A stretch of DNA of 54,393 nt from Candidatus Nanopelagicales bacterium (GTDB taxonomy: Bacteria > Actinomycetota > Actinomycetes > S36-B12 > UBA5976), in contig JBDNJO010000002.1 of the NCBI GenBank assembly GCA_041687715.1, positions 1 to 54,393 on the forward strand. The letters run 5' to 3'. Each line of letters begins with the position of its first letter. Positions within the stretch are counted from its first letter, which is position 1. The position numbers were made by a program, and so were the translations under genes. The notes under the pieces were generated by a model, which saw only the letters and a list, made by a program, of their open reading frames with translations, was not told where the DNA came from and ran no database searches. Shown here in pieces: positions 1-9,234 of this stretch.

Positions 1-90
1 GGCGCAGCAACTTCGGCAGGCGCAGCAACTTCGGCAGGCGCAGCAACTTCGGCAGGCGCAGCAACTTCGGCAGGCGCTGCAACTTGCGCT
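1..90 (-). repeat. Tandem 18-bp coding repeat: four perfect copies GGCGCAGCAACTTCGGCA (1-72) plus one degenerate copy (73-90); encodes the (AAPAEV)n E2 linker; may continue off-window
   Basis: Direct reading of bases 1-90. Confidence 0.95.
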
Positions 91-347
91 GCAGGGGCAC
101 TAGCACCACCAGTCTCGGAAATTATGGCAAGTGCGCCGCCAACAAGCACAACAGCATCTTCGCCAGCAACAATTTCGGTAAGCACTCCACTTACCGGTGA
201 TGGAATCTCGGTATCGACTTTGTCAGTTGATACTTCTAGTAATGGCTCGTCAGCGGTCACAGTGTCGCCAACTGCTTTTAACCAGCGGGTAACTGTTCCT
301 TCGGTTACGCTTTCGCCTAATTGGGGCATGGATACCGTAGTGGACAC
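1..347 (-). CDS. sucB: 2-oxoacid dehydrogenase E2 (dihydrolipoamide succinyl/acyltransferase), N-terminal lipoyl domain plus Ala/Pro linker; partial, continues beyond left edge
   Basis: Absent from the ORF track because it is open at the edge. My reverse-strand translation from GTG at 347 reads [95 protein letters not shown](AAPAEV)n. It has the lipoyl-lysine motif STDKV. AAGGAG lies about 10 nt upstream. The gene sits directly downstream of lpdA. Confidence 0.88.
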   Translation of the reverse strand, partial: MSTTVSMPQLGESVTEGTVTRWLKAVGDTVTADEPLLEVSTDKVDTEIPSPVSGVLTEIVAGEDAVVLVGGALAIISETGGASAPAAQVAAPAEVAAPAEVAAPAEVAAPAEVAA

Positions 348-388
348 TTTGCCATTACTCCTTTTGCTAGGTTTCTTGAGGTTATCGG

Positions 389-1750
389 TTAAGCGTGCGC
401 ATGAAGTGGCTTACCAGCCAACGCCATGAACGCTTCTCCCATTGCTTCATTTTGAGTTGGGTGGGCGTGAACTAGGGGAGCCACATCATCTGCGGTGCCT
501 TCCCAGTTATAAATTAACTGCGCTTCGCCAATTAGCTCGCCTACGCGAGTTCCGATCATGTGAACGCCAATTACGACACCATCACTCTTTTTGCGAATCA
601 ATTTGATGAATCCAGCAGTGCCAAGAATTTGACTCTTACCATTTCCACCTAAGTTGTATTCGTACGCTTCAATGTCGCCGTACTTTTCAATGGCTTGCGC
701 TTCAGTTAGTCCAATGCTGGCAATTTCTGGTTCGCTGTAAGTTACGCGGGGAATACCTAATTCATCAATTGTTGCTGGCGCAAGTCCGGCGATTTCCTCA
801 GCCACAAAAATACCTTGCTGGAAACCGCGATGGGCAAGTTGCAGGCCTGGAACTATGTCGCCAACGGCAAAAATTCCAGGGACATTTGTGGCCAACCGAT
901 CAGTTGTCGGAACAAATCCACGATCAACAGTTACGCCCTGCTGTTCGTAACCTAGATCTTGGGTACGTGGCCCGCGGCCAACTGCAACAAGTAGTAAGTC
1001 AGCAGTGTGCGTTTCGCCAGATTCCAAAGTAATTGTGACGCTTGTGTCGTCTTGCGCTGCGGACTGGAAGCGAACGCCAGTCTTGAAGTTAATTCCACGT
1101 TTGCGATATGCACGTTCCATGGCCTTAGTAACGGAAGCGTCTTCCGCTGGAACCAAAGTTGGCAAACCTTCAATGATCATTACATCGACGCCAAATGATT
1201 TCCAGACTGATGCAAATTCCACACCAATTACGCCACCACCCAAAACAATTACGCTCTTTGGAACGTAATCAATTAGGAGTGCTTGGTCACTTGTCATTAT
1301 GCGGCCAGAAATTTCTAAGTCGGGCAGAGATTTCGCATAAGATCCCGTTGCCAAAACAATATTTTTACCTTCATAGCGCTGACCATTAACTTCAACAGCG
1401 TTTGGCGCGACTAATTTTCCAGTTCCTTCGACATAAGTAATGTCTCGGCTCTTAACTAAACCTTGAAGACCTTTGTAAAGCCGACCGATGACGCCATCTT
1501 TATATGCATTTACTTTTGCCATGTCGATGCCATTGAAAGTGCTTTGTACTCCAATGCTTTCGCCTTCGCGCGCAGTGTCGGCAACTTCGCCTGCATGAAG
1601 CAGTGCTTTAGTTGGGATGCAACCGCGATGTAGACAGGTTCCGCCTAATTTGTCTTGTTCAATAAGTACAACGGATAGTCCAAGTTGAGAAGCGCGAAGG
1701 GCACAGGCGTAACCGCCACTTCCACCACCTAAAATCACGATATCGTGCAT
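389..1750 (-). CDS. lpdA: Dihydrolipoyl dehydrogenase (E3)
   Basis: 453 aa. It has the N-terminal FAD fold ILGGGSGGY, the redox disulfide [13 protein letters not shown] and the C-terminal HAHPT motif. GGAGG precedes the ATG. Confidence 0.95.
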   Translation of the reverse strand: MHDIVILGGGSGGYACALRASQLGLSVVLIEQDKLGGTCLHRGCIPTKALLHAGEVADTAREGESIGVQSTFNGIDMAKVNAYKDGVIGRLYKGLQGLVKSRDITYVEGTGKLVAPNAVEVNGQRYEGKNIVLATGSYAKSLPDLEISGRIMTSDQALLIDYVPKSVIVLGGGVIGVEFASVWKSFGVDVMIIEGLPTLVPAEDASVTKAMERAYRKRGINFKTGVRFQSAAQDDTSVTITLESGETHTADLLLVAVGRGPRTQDLGYEQQGVTVDRGFVPTTDRLATNVPGIFAVGDIVPGLQLAHRGFQQGIFVAEEIAGLAPATIDELGIPRVTYSEPEIASIGLTEAQAIEKYGDIEAYEYNLGGNGKSQILGTAGFIKLIRKKSDGVVIGVHMIGTRVGELIGEAQLIYNWEGTADDVAPLVHAHPTQNEAMGEAFMALAGKPLHAHA

Positions 1751-1844
1751 TAATCCTCCGCGTTATGGGGCGATACGCAAGCGCGTTTGACCCTAGTCTT
1801 TCACGCTCTATCACTTATATGTATTCCGGGTCTCGCACAACCCT

Positions 1845-3377
1845 TTAAAGTTCGACGTTGCCATCCATAACGTCTTCAATAAAGGCAACCATGGTACGAA
1901 TTCCAAAGCCAACGGCGCCTTTATGGTTGTAGCCCCAGGGAGCTGAAGGGTTAAATGCCGGACCTGCGATGTCCAAATGCGCCCACGGTAAGCCCTCTGC
2001 AATGAAGTCCTTGAGGAACCAGCCCGCTGAAAGCATGCCACCTTCGCGACTTCCAATATTTGCAATGTCTGCCACTAAGGACTCGAGTTCTGGCCGCAAT
2101 TCTTCTGGCAATGGCATGGTCCAAAATTCCTCGCCGGCTCGATCAGCGCTTGCTTTCACAGCGTCGCGGACAACTTGATCACCCATGACTCCGGCAGTGC
2201 GAAGTCCTAACGCAACTACCGCAGCTCCAGTAAGGGTTGCAATATCAAGTACGACATCAGGTTTGTCTTCCGCAGCACGCACTAGAGCATCTGCCATAAC
2301 TAGTCGACCCTCGGCATCGGTATTCAAAACCTCGATAGTGCGTCCACCGTAAGTGGTTATGACATCGCCGGGACGTTGTGCGCCACCACCTGGCATATTT
2401 TCAGCGCAAGCTGCGTAGGCCGTGACCGCAACGTTGAGTTTCAAATCTGCAATTGCGCGAATGGTAGAAATGACTGCAGCAGCGCCCGACATGTCATCTT
2501 TCATGTGATGCATATTTGCAGGTGGTTTTAGTGAAATACCGCCAGTATCAAAGGTGATTCCTTTTCCAACGAGCGCAACATGCTTTGTAGCTCCGCGTGG
2601 TTGATATTGCATGCGGATTAATCGCGGCGGGCGAGTAGATCCTTGTCCCACACCAAGGATGCCGCCGTAACCACCAGCTGCCAGAGCTGCTTCATCTAAA
2701 ATTTCAACTTTTACTTTTGTTCCTGCTAGAAAAGTTTTTGCTTCACGTGCCAAGTCAGCAGGCGCCAAATGGAGCGGTGAAGCATTAATTAAGTTGCGCG
2801 CAAAGCTCACGCCTTGAGCAAGCACTTCAGCGCGCGCCAACGCTTGGCGATAATCAGAGGTAATCGAATGCGATGTGAATACTGCAACAGATTTCACAGG
2901 GGACTTTGCCTTTTTCAGTGTCGCGTTTAAGTGCGCAGTGAAGGAGTAAGCGCCAAAAGCTGCGCCCTCGAGTATTGCGCCAATTTGTGTCGAATCTTCG
3001 GAAGTGATTGCAATCGCTACTTTTTTAAAACCCGAAAGCGTGCGCGTTGCGCTACCTGCTGCGCGACGAAGTTGTTCTGGAGTTATTGCTGTGCTTACGC
3101 TTCCTAATCCAATAGCCACGATCACATCTGCTGTTGCCAGTGAGCCAGCAGGAATCCGAGTAACTTCATCTTTCTTTCCAGTTGCACCAACTGCAATAAG
3201 CGCAGCAGCAATTTTGGTTGCAGCAGCTTTTGGGATTGAGTCAGCATATATTGAAACCTTGTTATCACCTGTTAAGCCAACGACCACAGCGTTAACAGAG
3301 GCAGTTAGCGGATTGCCTGACTTCAGCGTCAGGGTTGGCACGCTTGGCGCTAAGTCGAGAGTTGAATCTGGTTTCAT
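1845..3377 (-). CDS. pepA: Leucyl aminopeptidase, M17 family
   Basis: 510 aa with the M17 signatures VGKGITFDTGG and NTDAEGRL. Confidence 0.95.
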   Translation of the reverse strand: MKPDSTLDLAPSVPTLTLKSGNPLTASVNAVVVGLTGDNKVSIYADSIPKAAATKIAAALIAVGATGKKDEVTRIPAGSLATADVIVAIGLGSVSTAITPEQLRRAAGSATRTLSGFKKVAIAITSEDSTQIGAILEGAAFGAYSFTAHLNATLKKAKSPVKSVAVFTSHSITSDYRQALARAEVLAQGVSFARNLINASPLHLAPADLAREAKTFLAGTKVKVEILDEAALAAGGYGGILGVGQGSTRPPRLIRMQYQPRGATKHVALVGKGITFDTGGISLKPPANMHHMKDDMSGAAAVISTIRAIADLKLNVAVTAYAACAENMPGGGAQRPGDVITTYGGRTIEVLNTDAEGRLVMADALVRAAEDKPDVVLDIATLTGAAVVALGLRTAGVMGDQVVRDAVKASADRAGEEFWTMPLPEELRPELESLVADIANIGSREGGMLSAGWFLKDFIAEGLPWAHLDIAGPAFNPSAPWGYNHKGAVGFGIRTMVAFIEDVMDGNVEL

Positions 3378-3463
3378 TTGCTACTCCTTGAATAAAACTT
3401 CGAATTTCCCCGCGGGCTTAGTCGAAGTAGTGCAGGTATCTAAGTTACTAGTACGGTTGGAAT

Positions 3464-4549
3464 ATGCCTGAAGTTGCCTTGCACGGAGCCCACCTTTCAC
3501 TAGGGGCCAAAATGGGTCCATTTGGCGGCTGGGATATGCCAATTGAATACACGGCAGGCACAGTTGCCGAACATGGCGCAGTACGTACTGGCGTTGGAAT
3601 TTTCGACGTATCTCACATGGGCAAAGTTCGAATTCTCGGCCCTGAGGCAAGCGAATTTGCGAATCGGGTATTTACCAACGACATTGACCGGATCACGCCA
3701 GGTCAAGCGCAATATTCGATGCTTTGCAATGACTCTGGGGGAATCATCGATGACTTGATTGTTTACCTGGTTGGTCCCGATGAAGTTAGATTTATTCCCA
3801 ATGCTGGCAACGCCACAACGGTTGTGAATTATTTAGTAGAGATCGTGCCAGCTGGAATAACTATCGAGAACAATCACTTAACACAAGGCATAGTTGCAGT
3901 GCAGGGTCCAAAATCAAGTGCACTTTTGAACTTGCTGGGTTTTGCCACGGAATGTGACTACATGGAGTTTGTAGATGCAATTTGGAATGATTTTAAAGTA
4001 AGTATTTGTCGCACTGGCTACACCGGGGAACCTGGCTTCGAATTAGTTATCGAAAACGCTGGACTTGTAAAACTTTGGAACGAACTTCTGTCCGTTGGCG
4101 CGCAGTTTGGAATTCTGCCTTGTGGGTTGGGTGCCCGCGATACCTTGCGAACTGAGATGGGATACGTACTTCACGGCCAAGACATCAGTGCAGAAATTTC
4201 TCCGGTACAAGCGCGAACTGGCTGGGCCGTTGGCTGGAGTAAGCCAAGCTTTGCTGGCCGCGATGCACTGCTTGCAGAAAAGGCAGCTGGCGCGAGTCGC
4301 CTTGCTGGGGGACTGCTCGCAGTCGGTAAAGGAATCCCGCGTAGTCACATGAGCATTAAAAACAGCGCTGGGGAAGTAGTCGGAGAAACAACTAGCGGCA
4401 CTTTCTCACCAACACTGCAAAAGGGAATTGCCTTGGCTTTACTTGCGCCTTCCGTATCAATTGGCGACACCTTGTTTGTTGATGTTAGAGGCAGAGATTT
4501 AGAAGTAGTTGTTGCAAAGCCACCATTTGTAGCGGCAAGTCCAAAGTAG
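3464..4549 (+). CDS. gcvT: Glycine cleavage system aminomethyltransferase (T protein)
   Basis: 361 aa. The pattern GIFDVSHMGK... and the overall length are typical of GcvT. Confidence 0.94.
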   Translation: MPEVALHGAHLSLGAKMGPFGGWDMPIEYTAGTVAEHGAVRTGVGIFDVSHMGKVRILGPEASEFANRVFTNDIDRITPGQAQYSMLCNDSGGIIDDLIVYLVGPDEVRFIPNAGNATTVVNYLVEIVPAGITIENNHLTQGIVAVQGPKSSALLNLLGFATECDYMEFVDAIWNDFKVSICRTGYTGEPGFELVIENAGLVKLWNELLSVGAQFGILPCGLGARDTLRTEMGYVLHGQDISAEISPVQARTGWAVGWSKPSFAGRDALLAEKAAGASRLAGGLLAVGKGIPRSHMSIKNSAGEVVGETTSGTFSPTLQKGIALALLAPSVSIGDTLFVDVRGRDLEVVVAKPPFVAASPK

Positions 4550-5625
4550 TGACCGGTTACCTGCGTAGTTTTACCATGAGGGAATTGAAAATAGCACGCA
4601 CAGATAAATCTATTGTTGGCCTGATCCAGACAGAAATTGATAAGAAGACTAAGCCAATAGCGAGCTTAGGAATCGTTGAAGTGCTGGCCTTGAAGTTAGG
4701 TGTTATTTACCAAACAATAAAACCGAGCATTAAAAGTCCGGTTGTGTTTATTTGTGCAGGTGATCACGGGATAACGCGCCAGGGTGTCTCGGCGTACCCA
4801 AGTGAAGTCACTGCACAGATGCTCCTAAATTTCCAAAATGGTGGGGCGGCTATTAATGTTTTGGCGAGATCCAACGGGTTGAACGTTGAAATCGTCAATG
4901 CTGGTGTTGACGTTTCAGCCATCCCAAGTCTTTCAGAGTTACTCGATCCGATTGCTTTTTCGACGCAAGACTTTTCGTCGCAGGATGCAATGACAGTTGG
5001 TCAATGTGAGGCTGCAATCGCGCTGGGTTATGGCCGAGCAATGGCACGCATCGAAAGTGGTAGCAATTTCGTCTTGTTGGGTGAAATGGGTATTGGAAAT
5101 ACTTCCGCAGCAGCTGTAATTACTTCAATAATGACAGATTTTCCAATTGAAACCTGTGTTGGTCGCGGCACAGGGCTCGGGGAACAAGGTCTAAATGAAA
5201 AACGGCAGACACTTGCTGCTGCGATTAATTTTCATGGTCGAGATCATGATCCAATGACCGTGCTTCAAAAATTTGGGGGACTAGAGATTGCTGCACTCGT
5301 TGGAATTATTTTCGCGGCTGCAGAAAGTGGCTGCGCCATTCTCGTGGATGGGTACATTACAACTTCAGCAGCACTTATTGCTGTTGCGCTGCAACCGAAT
5401 GTATCTGACTACTTGATCTTCTCTCACTTATCTAAAGAACCTGGGCACCAGATCGCTCTTGATCATTTAATGGGAACGACGATTCTTTCGCTAGATCTTT
5501 GCTTGGGTGAAGGATCTGGGGCGGCCCTAGCGTTCCCAATTGTCAAGGCAGCATCAGAAATTTTAAGTGAAATGGCAACTTTTGAATCTGCGTCTGTGTC
5601 TTCGGCAAAAAATAATGTTCTTTAG
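4549..5625 (+). CDS. cobT: Nicotinate-nucleotide--dimethylbenzimidazole phosphoribosyltransferase
   Basis: 358 aa with the GEMGIGNTSAAA motif. The GTG start shares 1 nt with the gcvT stop; an alternative ATG lies at 4576. Confidence 0.92.
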   Translation: MTGYLRSFTMRELKIARTDKSIVGLIQTEIDKKTKPIASLGIVEVLALKLGVIYQTIKPSIKSPVVFICAGDHGITRQGVSAYPSEVTAQMLLNFQNGGAAINVLARSNGLNVEIVNAGVDVSAIPSLSELLDPIAFSTQDFSSQDAMTVGQCEAAIALGYGRAMARIESGSNFVLLGEMGIGNTSAAAVITSIMTDFPIETCVGRGTGLGEQGLNEKRQTLAAAINFHGRDHDPMTVLQKFGGLEIAALVGIIFAAAESGCAILVDGYITTSAALIAVALQPNVSDYLIFSHLSKEPGHQIALDHLMGTTILSLDLCLGEGSGAALAFPIVKAASEILSEMATFESASVSSAKNNVL

Positions 5626-6361
5626 AGTTATGAAATTTCTTGGTGCACTTGGATTTCTAACGCGGATTAGAGTTCCCGATCGAGCACTTGCACTCCCATT
5701 AAATTCAACGGCACATTTTTTCCCATTGGTTGGAGTAATAGTCGGTGGAATCTCTGCTGTGACTTTTTTGGTGTGCAACCAATTTCTGCCGGTTCCAATA
5801 AGTGTTTGGCTATCAATGATCGCGACAATTTTGGTCACAGGTGGTTTCCATGAAGATGGACTTGCTGATTCTGCGGATGGATTAGGAGGTGGCTGGACCA
5901 AGTCTGACGTGTTGCGAATCATGCAAGATTCTCGAGTTGGCTCTTATGGTGCAATCGCGCTTGTCGTGACGTTAGCACTTAAAGCACAGGCGCTTTCTTC
6001 GATTCCCGATAATAAAATAGTCAGCACCATGATTGTGGCTCACGCAGTTAGCCGGTTTTACGCGATCTCGATCACCTACACCCACGACTATGTTCGGTTT
6101 GAAGGAAAAAGTAAGCCGATTTCCGATGGTATGTCGACATCGCAATTCTTTTTTGCTTTAATTACGGCCAGTCTCACTCTGTTACTTTTGCCATGGCAAG
6201 CCTGTTTAATCGCAGTAATTTCTACCCTCATAGCTCGTCAATATCTGGTGTACCGCATGAAAATTCGGATTGGTGGGTATACCGGCGACTTACTTGGCGC
6301 TACCCAGCAAATTACAGAAGTTATGATTTACCTATCGGTTTGTGCATGGACATTGTATTAA
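5615..6361 (+). CDS. cobS: Adenosylcobinamide-GDP ribazoletransferase (cobalamin-5'-phosphate synthase)
   Basis: Multi-TM protein with the FHEDGLADSADGLGGG motif. The ORF-track start 5567 lies inside cobT, so ATG 5615 or 5630 is more plausible. Confidence 0.9.
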   Translation: MFFRVMKFLGALGFLTRIRVPDRALALPLNSTAHFFPLVGVIVGGISAVTFLVCNQFLPVPISVWLSMIATILVTGGFHEDGLADSADGLGGGWTKSDVLRIMQDSRVGSYGAIALVVTLALKAQALSSIPDNKIVSTMIVAHAVSRFYAISITYTHDYVRFEGKSKPISDGMSTSQFFFALITASLTLLLLPWQACLIAVISTLIARQYLVYRMKIRIGGYTGDLLGATQQITEVMIYLSVCAWTLY

Positions 6362-6864
6362 TACGGCACCTCAAGCCAGTCGGTGTAGTTGGAATTTGTT
6401 ACGGCAAAACTGATGTTTCAGCATCCGATGACATTACACACTTGAATCTTCCCTTTGAATTACCAGCTATGGGCACTATGTGGACGAGTCCACTGAGCCG
6501 GTGCCTTAACTTAGCCACACGCTTGCAATCCGAGTTTGACTACGACCTGAATGTGGACGAGCGACTTTCTGAACTGGATTTTGGGGATTGGGAAATGCAA
6601 GCTTGGGATGCAATAGGCGCAGCAGTTCTTGACGAATGGATAGCTTCTGGCTTCTCTAACTTGCATAGCGGAGAGTCACTTATGCAATTCGACGCCAGAA
6701 TATTTAACTGGTGCAAAGGTCTTGATAGGACTACAGGTCATGTTGTGATCACCCACGCGGGTGTCATTCGCAGTATTTACAGACAGTTTTTGGGATTAAC
6801 ACTTGATAAAAGTTTGTCGATGCCAGTTCCTTTTGGAACAGGACTAAGAGTTACTTTAATCTGA
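6346..6864 (+). CDS. cobC: Histidine-phosphatase family protein in the alpha-ribazole phosphatase (CobC) position
   Basis: 172 aa from ATG 6346 (MDIVLIRHLKP...). It has an N-terminal RH and a C-terminal VITHAGVIR second-His motif. The ORF-track start 6193 lies inside cobS. The gene follows cobT-cobS. Confidence 0.72.
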   Translation: MDIVLIRHLKPVGVVGICYGKTDVSASDDITHLNLPFELPAMGTMWTSPLSRCLNLATRLQSEFDYDLNVDERLSELDFGDWEMQAWDAIGAAVLDEWIASGFSNLHSGESLMQFDARIFNWCKGLDRTTGHVVITHAGVIRSIYRQFLGLTLDKSLSMPVPFGTGLRVTLI

Positions 6865-7408
6865 CTGGAATCCCAGCCGTGACCTGAAATACTGTGCCAG
6901 AAATTGCAGCAACTGCAATGTTGAGTTTGCCGAGTTGATCACGAAAAAATCTTGTTGTCGCTAAATCGGGCACGATCCCGTAACCAACTTCGTTTGTCAC
7001 AATCACAACTTGACTAGATGTCGCGGCCAGACTCTTCGTCAAATTTTGAAAACAATTAGACAATTCAAATTCAACCTCGACAAACTCTCCGTCACCATCG
7101 ATTCTTTCCCAGCCATTTCGTTCATCGATTGTTGCACTGCACCAAAGTGTGAGGCAGTCAATGATCAAAAAATCTTTTGAAGTTGACTCGCTTAATATTT
7201 TGTCAAGGTCTATGGTCTCAATGGTTTGCCATTGCGCTGGGCGCCGATTTTTGTGAGCAGCCATTCGAACTATCCATTCAGGATCCGCTTCAAACGCAGG
7301 TGCGGTTGCAACATAAGTGACATGTTGACCAGGTGTTGGAAGTGATTCGGCGAAGTGTGATTTTCCACTTCGCGCACCTCCAATAACGAGTGTCACATTT
7401 TTATTCAT
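6851..7408 (-). CDS. cobU: Bifunctional adenosylcobinamide kinase / adenosylcobinamide-phosphate guanylyltransferase
   Basis: 185 aa with the P-loop GGARSGKS and a VTNEVGYGIVP motif. It is the last gene of the riboswitch-led operon. Confidence 0.9.
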   Translation of the reverse strand: MNKNVTLVIGGARSGKSHFAESLPTPGQHVTYVATAPAFEADPEWIVRMAAHKNRRPAQWQTIETIDLDKILSESTSKDFLIIDCLTLWCSATIDERNGWERIDGDGEFVEVEFELSNCFQNLTKSLAATSSQVVIVTNEVGYGIVPDLATTRFFRDQLGKLNIAVAAISGTVFQVTAGIPVRLK

Positions 7409-8181
7409 GACTTTAAGCGAATCGGGATAACGGCCAGAGTCCCATTTGAAACAACTATTTCAATGTTTGCGCCATACACTTCCGCTATGTTTTCGCGCGT
7501 TAAAACTTGTTCAGGCCTCCCTTTTTCATGGATAGCGCCATTATGTAAGAGCATTAATTCATCTGGGTAAAGCCCTGCAATTGTTAGATCATGCATCGTA
7601 CTAATGACAGCAATTTTATTTTCCTTACATAAACGATCAATTAACTCCAGAACTTCTTGTTGGTAACCGACATCAAGTGCCGTAGTTGGTTCGTCGAGTA
7701 AAACTATTGGGCTGGCCTGAGTTAAAGCGCGTGCGATGGCGACGCGTTGTCGTTCGCCGCCCGATAATGTGGCGACATCGCGTTCCAAAAAATCCTCTAG
7801 CCCGAGCTCGTTAACTGCAAAGTGAGCTACTTCGATGTCTAAATTTGATTCGCTTGCCAACATCTTGAGGTGCGCTGTTCTACCGAGCAATATGTAATCA
7901 AAAACTTTCATGCCTGAGGGCATAATCGGCTCCTGGGCTACGTATGCTACCCAACAGGCTCGATCTCGGTGTGATAATTCCCGCAAATCGACATCATTGA
8001 CAAACAGATCACCGGTTGAAGAAATTATTCCAGCAATTGCCTTAAGTAAGGATGATTTACCAGCACCATTGGGGCCGATAATACATACCCATTCTCCTAA
8101 GTTGATGGAGATTGAAACATCGCTGACGATCGTTTTGCCACCTAATTCAACTTGTAAATTTTTAACATTCAGTTGTGTCAT
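7405..8181 (-). CDS. btuD: ABC transporter ATP-binding protein (iron-chelate/cobalamin type)
   Basis: Walker A GPNGAGKSS, signature LSGGERQR and Walker B VLLDEPT. It has 4-nt overlaps with both neighbouring genes. Confidence 0.88.
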   Translation of the reverse strand: MTQLNVKNLQVELGGKTIVSDVSISINLGEWVCIIGPNGAGKSSLLKAIAGIISSTGDLFVNDVDLRELSHRDRACWVAYVAQEPIMPSGMKVFDYILLGRTAHLKMLASESNLDIEVAHFAVNELGLEDFLERDVATLSGGERQRVAIARALTQASPIVLLDEPTTALDVGYQQEVLELIDRLCKENKIAVISTMHDLTIAGLYPDELMLLHNGAIHEKGRPEQVLTRENIAEVYGANIEIVVSNGTLAVIPIRLKS

Positions 8182-9212
8182 GTTATCGATCCACTTGTGC
8201 GTGACCCCAAAACAAATAGGAAAAATGGCGCACCCAACAGTGCTGTGACGACACCAATTGGAATTTCTTGTGGTGCCAGCAAAGTCCGCGCCAAAATGTC
8301 CGCCAGCACGAGAAAAATACCACCATAAATCACGGAAAGTGGCAACAAAATTCGGTAAGAGTTTCCAACGACAAGGCGCAAGATGTGCGGCACGATAATG
8401 CCAACAAATCCGATCAAGCCAGTGAATGACACAGCAGCGGCAGTGCCAAGGGATGCTGCCACGATAATTGCCCCACGAGCCCTTGCCACCGGAAGTCCCA
8501 TAGTTTGGGCCTCTTCATCACCAACTGAAAAAACGTCTAACACGCGGCGATATCGCAAAAGAACGATGCTACAGATCACAATGTAGGGCGCAATGACGAG
8601 TAATTCGCCCCAGCCTGATGTAGACAAGCGCCCAAGAATCCAGGTGTAGACCTCACGAAGGACATCGGTATTTTGCTGCTGGACCAGAGTTTGTGCGGCG
8701 GTAAGTACGCTTGCAACAGCGACGCCTGCGAGAATTAACGCAGTCGAGGATCGGCCACTTATTGCTGAGCGTCCAAGTAAGTACGTTATCGAGACGGCTG
8801 CGAGGGCTCCACCAAAAGCGGCAAGTGGGAGATAAAAATTGGGGGCCGTGCTCGCGTAAACGATTGTTAGTGTCGCACCAAGGCCAGCACCTGCTGATAC
8901 TCCTAAAAGATATGGATCCGCTAAAGGATTTCGAAAAGCGCCTTGATAGGCACAGCCAGCGCTGGCGAGGATGGAGCCAACGAGGAAAGCCAAGAGGACC
9001 CTTGGCAAGCGAAGTTGCCAAATTATTGTTGAATAAGCATTGTTATCGCTAAGTTTCTCACCGGAAATTTGGGCTGTAACAGTCGCCCAAATTTCGGCTG
9101 GCGTTATGTAGACAGCTCCAATACAAACGCCCAAGACAACGGTAATGAAAACTGCGACAGCGGTTGCCAACCATACCCAGCGGGGTACGGTCGTTGCCAT
9201 CGCAGTTCTCAT
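8178..9212 (-). CDS. btuC: FecCD-family ABC permease (cobalamin/iron-chelate type)
   Basis: 344 aa polytopic membrane protein with a Gly/Ala-rich FecCD-like pattern. Confidence 0.88.
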   Translation of the reverse strand: MRTAMATTVPRWVWLATAVAVFITVVLGVCIGAVYITPAEIWATVTAQISGEKLSDNNAYSTIIWQLRLPRVLLAFLVGSILASAGCAYQGAFRNPLADPYLLGVSAGAGLGATLTIVYASTAPNFYLPLAAFGGALAAVSITYLLGRSAISGRSSTALILAGVAVASVLTAAQTLVQQQNTDVLREVYTWILGRLSTSGWGELLVIAPYIVICSIVLLRYRRVLDVFSVGDEEAQTMGLPVARARGAIIVAASLGTAAAVSFTGLIGFVGIIVPHILRLVVGNSYRILLPLSVIYGGIFLVLADILARTLLAPQEIPIGVVTALLGAPFFLFVLGSRTSGSIT

Positions 9213-9234
9213 AACTAGCCGAATGTTCTGTTAA

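Noticed and set aside
1-90. Possible CRISPR-like array at the window start.
   Set aside because: The units are 18 bp and directly abutting, with no spacers. They lie in frame inside the E2 gene and encode its AAPAEV linker.
124-429. Long ORFs on the strand opposite well-supported genes. Examples: 124-429(+), 3004-3471(+), 11581-12102(-), 13499-13936(-), 13858-14355(-), 30288-30695(+), 35467-35871(+), 39957-40532(+), 49159-49767(+) and 50584-50910(-).
   Set aside because: Each lies entirely antisense to, or out of frame within, a gene with clear family motifs. Their products are low-complexity (Ala/Pro/Ser/Arg-rich) with no motifs and no SD. They are typical shadow ORFs.
3378-3463. Glycine riboswitch upstream of gcvT.
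   Set aside because: Only 86 bp are available, and I find none of the conserved GGAGAG...ACCGAAGGGGCAA-type core. The only structure is a short inverted repeat (CTTCGA-N18-TCGAAG) with an inner CCCGCGGG palindrome, which is not diagnostic.
5567-5614. N-terminal extensions in the ORF-track calls: 5567 (cobS), 6193 (cobC), 12944 (adoK), 14815 (ctaC), 24057 (ctaE), 23956 (receiver), 24371 (trpD), 27605 (pimB), 33866 (pfp), 37319 (kinase), 37174 (crtYc) and 43651 (CDP-alcohol transferase).
   Set aside because: The extensions overlap neighbouring genes or terminators, are compositionally unlike the rest of the protein, and go beyond the N-termini I recall for homologues. I chose internal ATG or GTG starts, though the exact starts remain uncertain.
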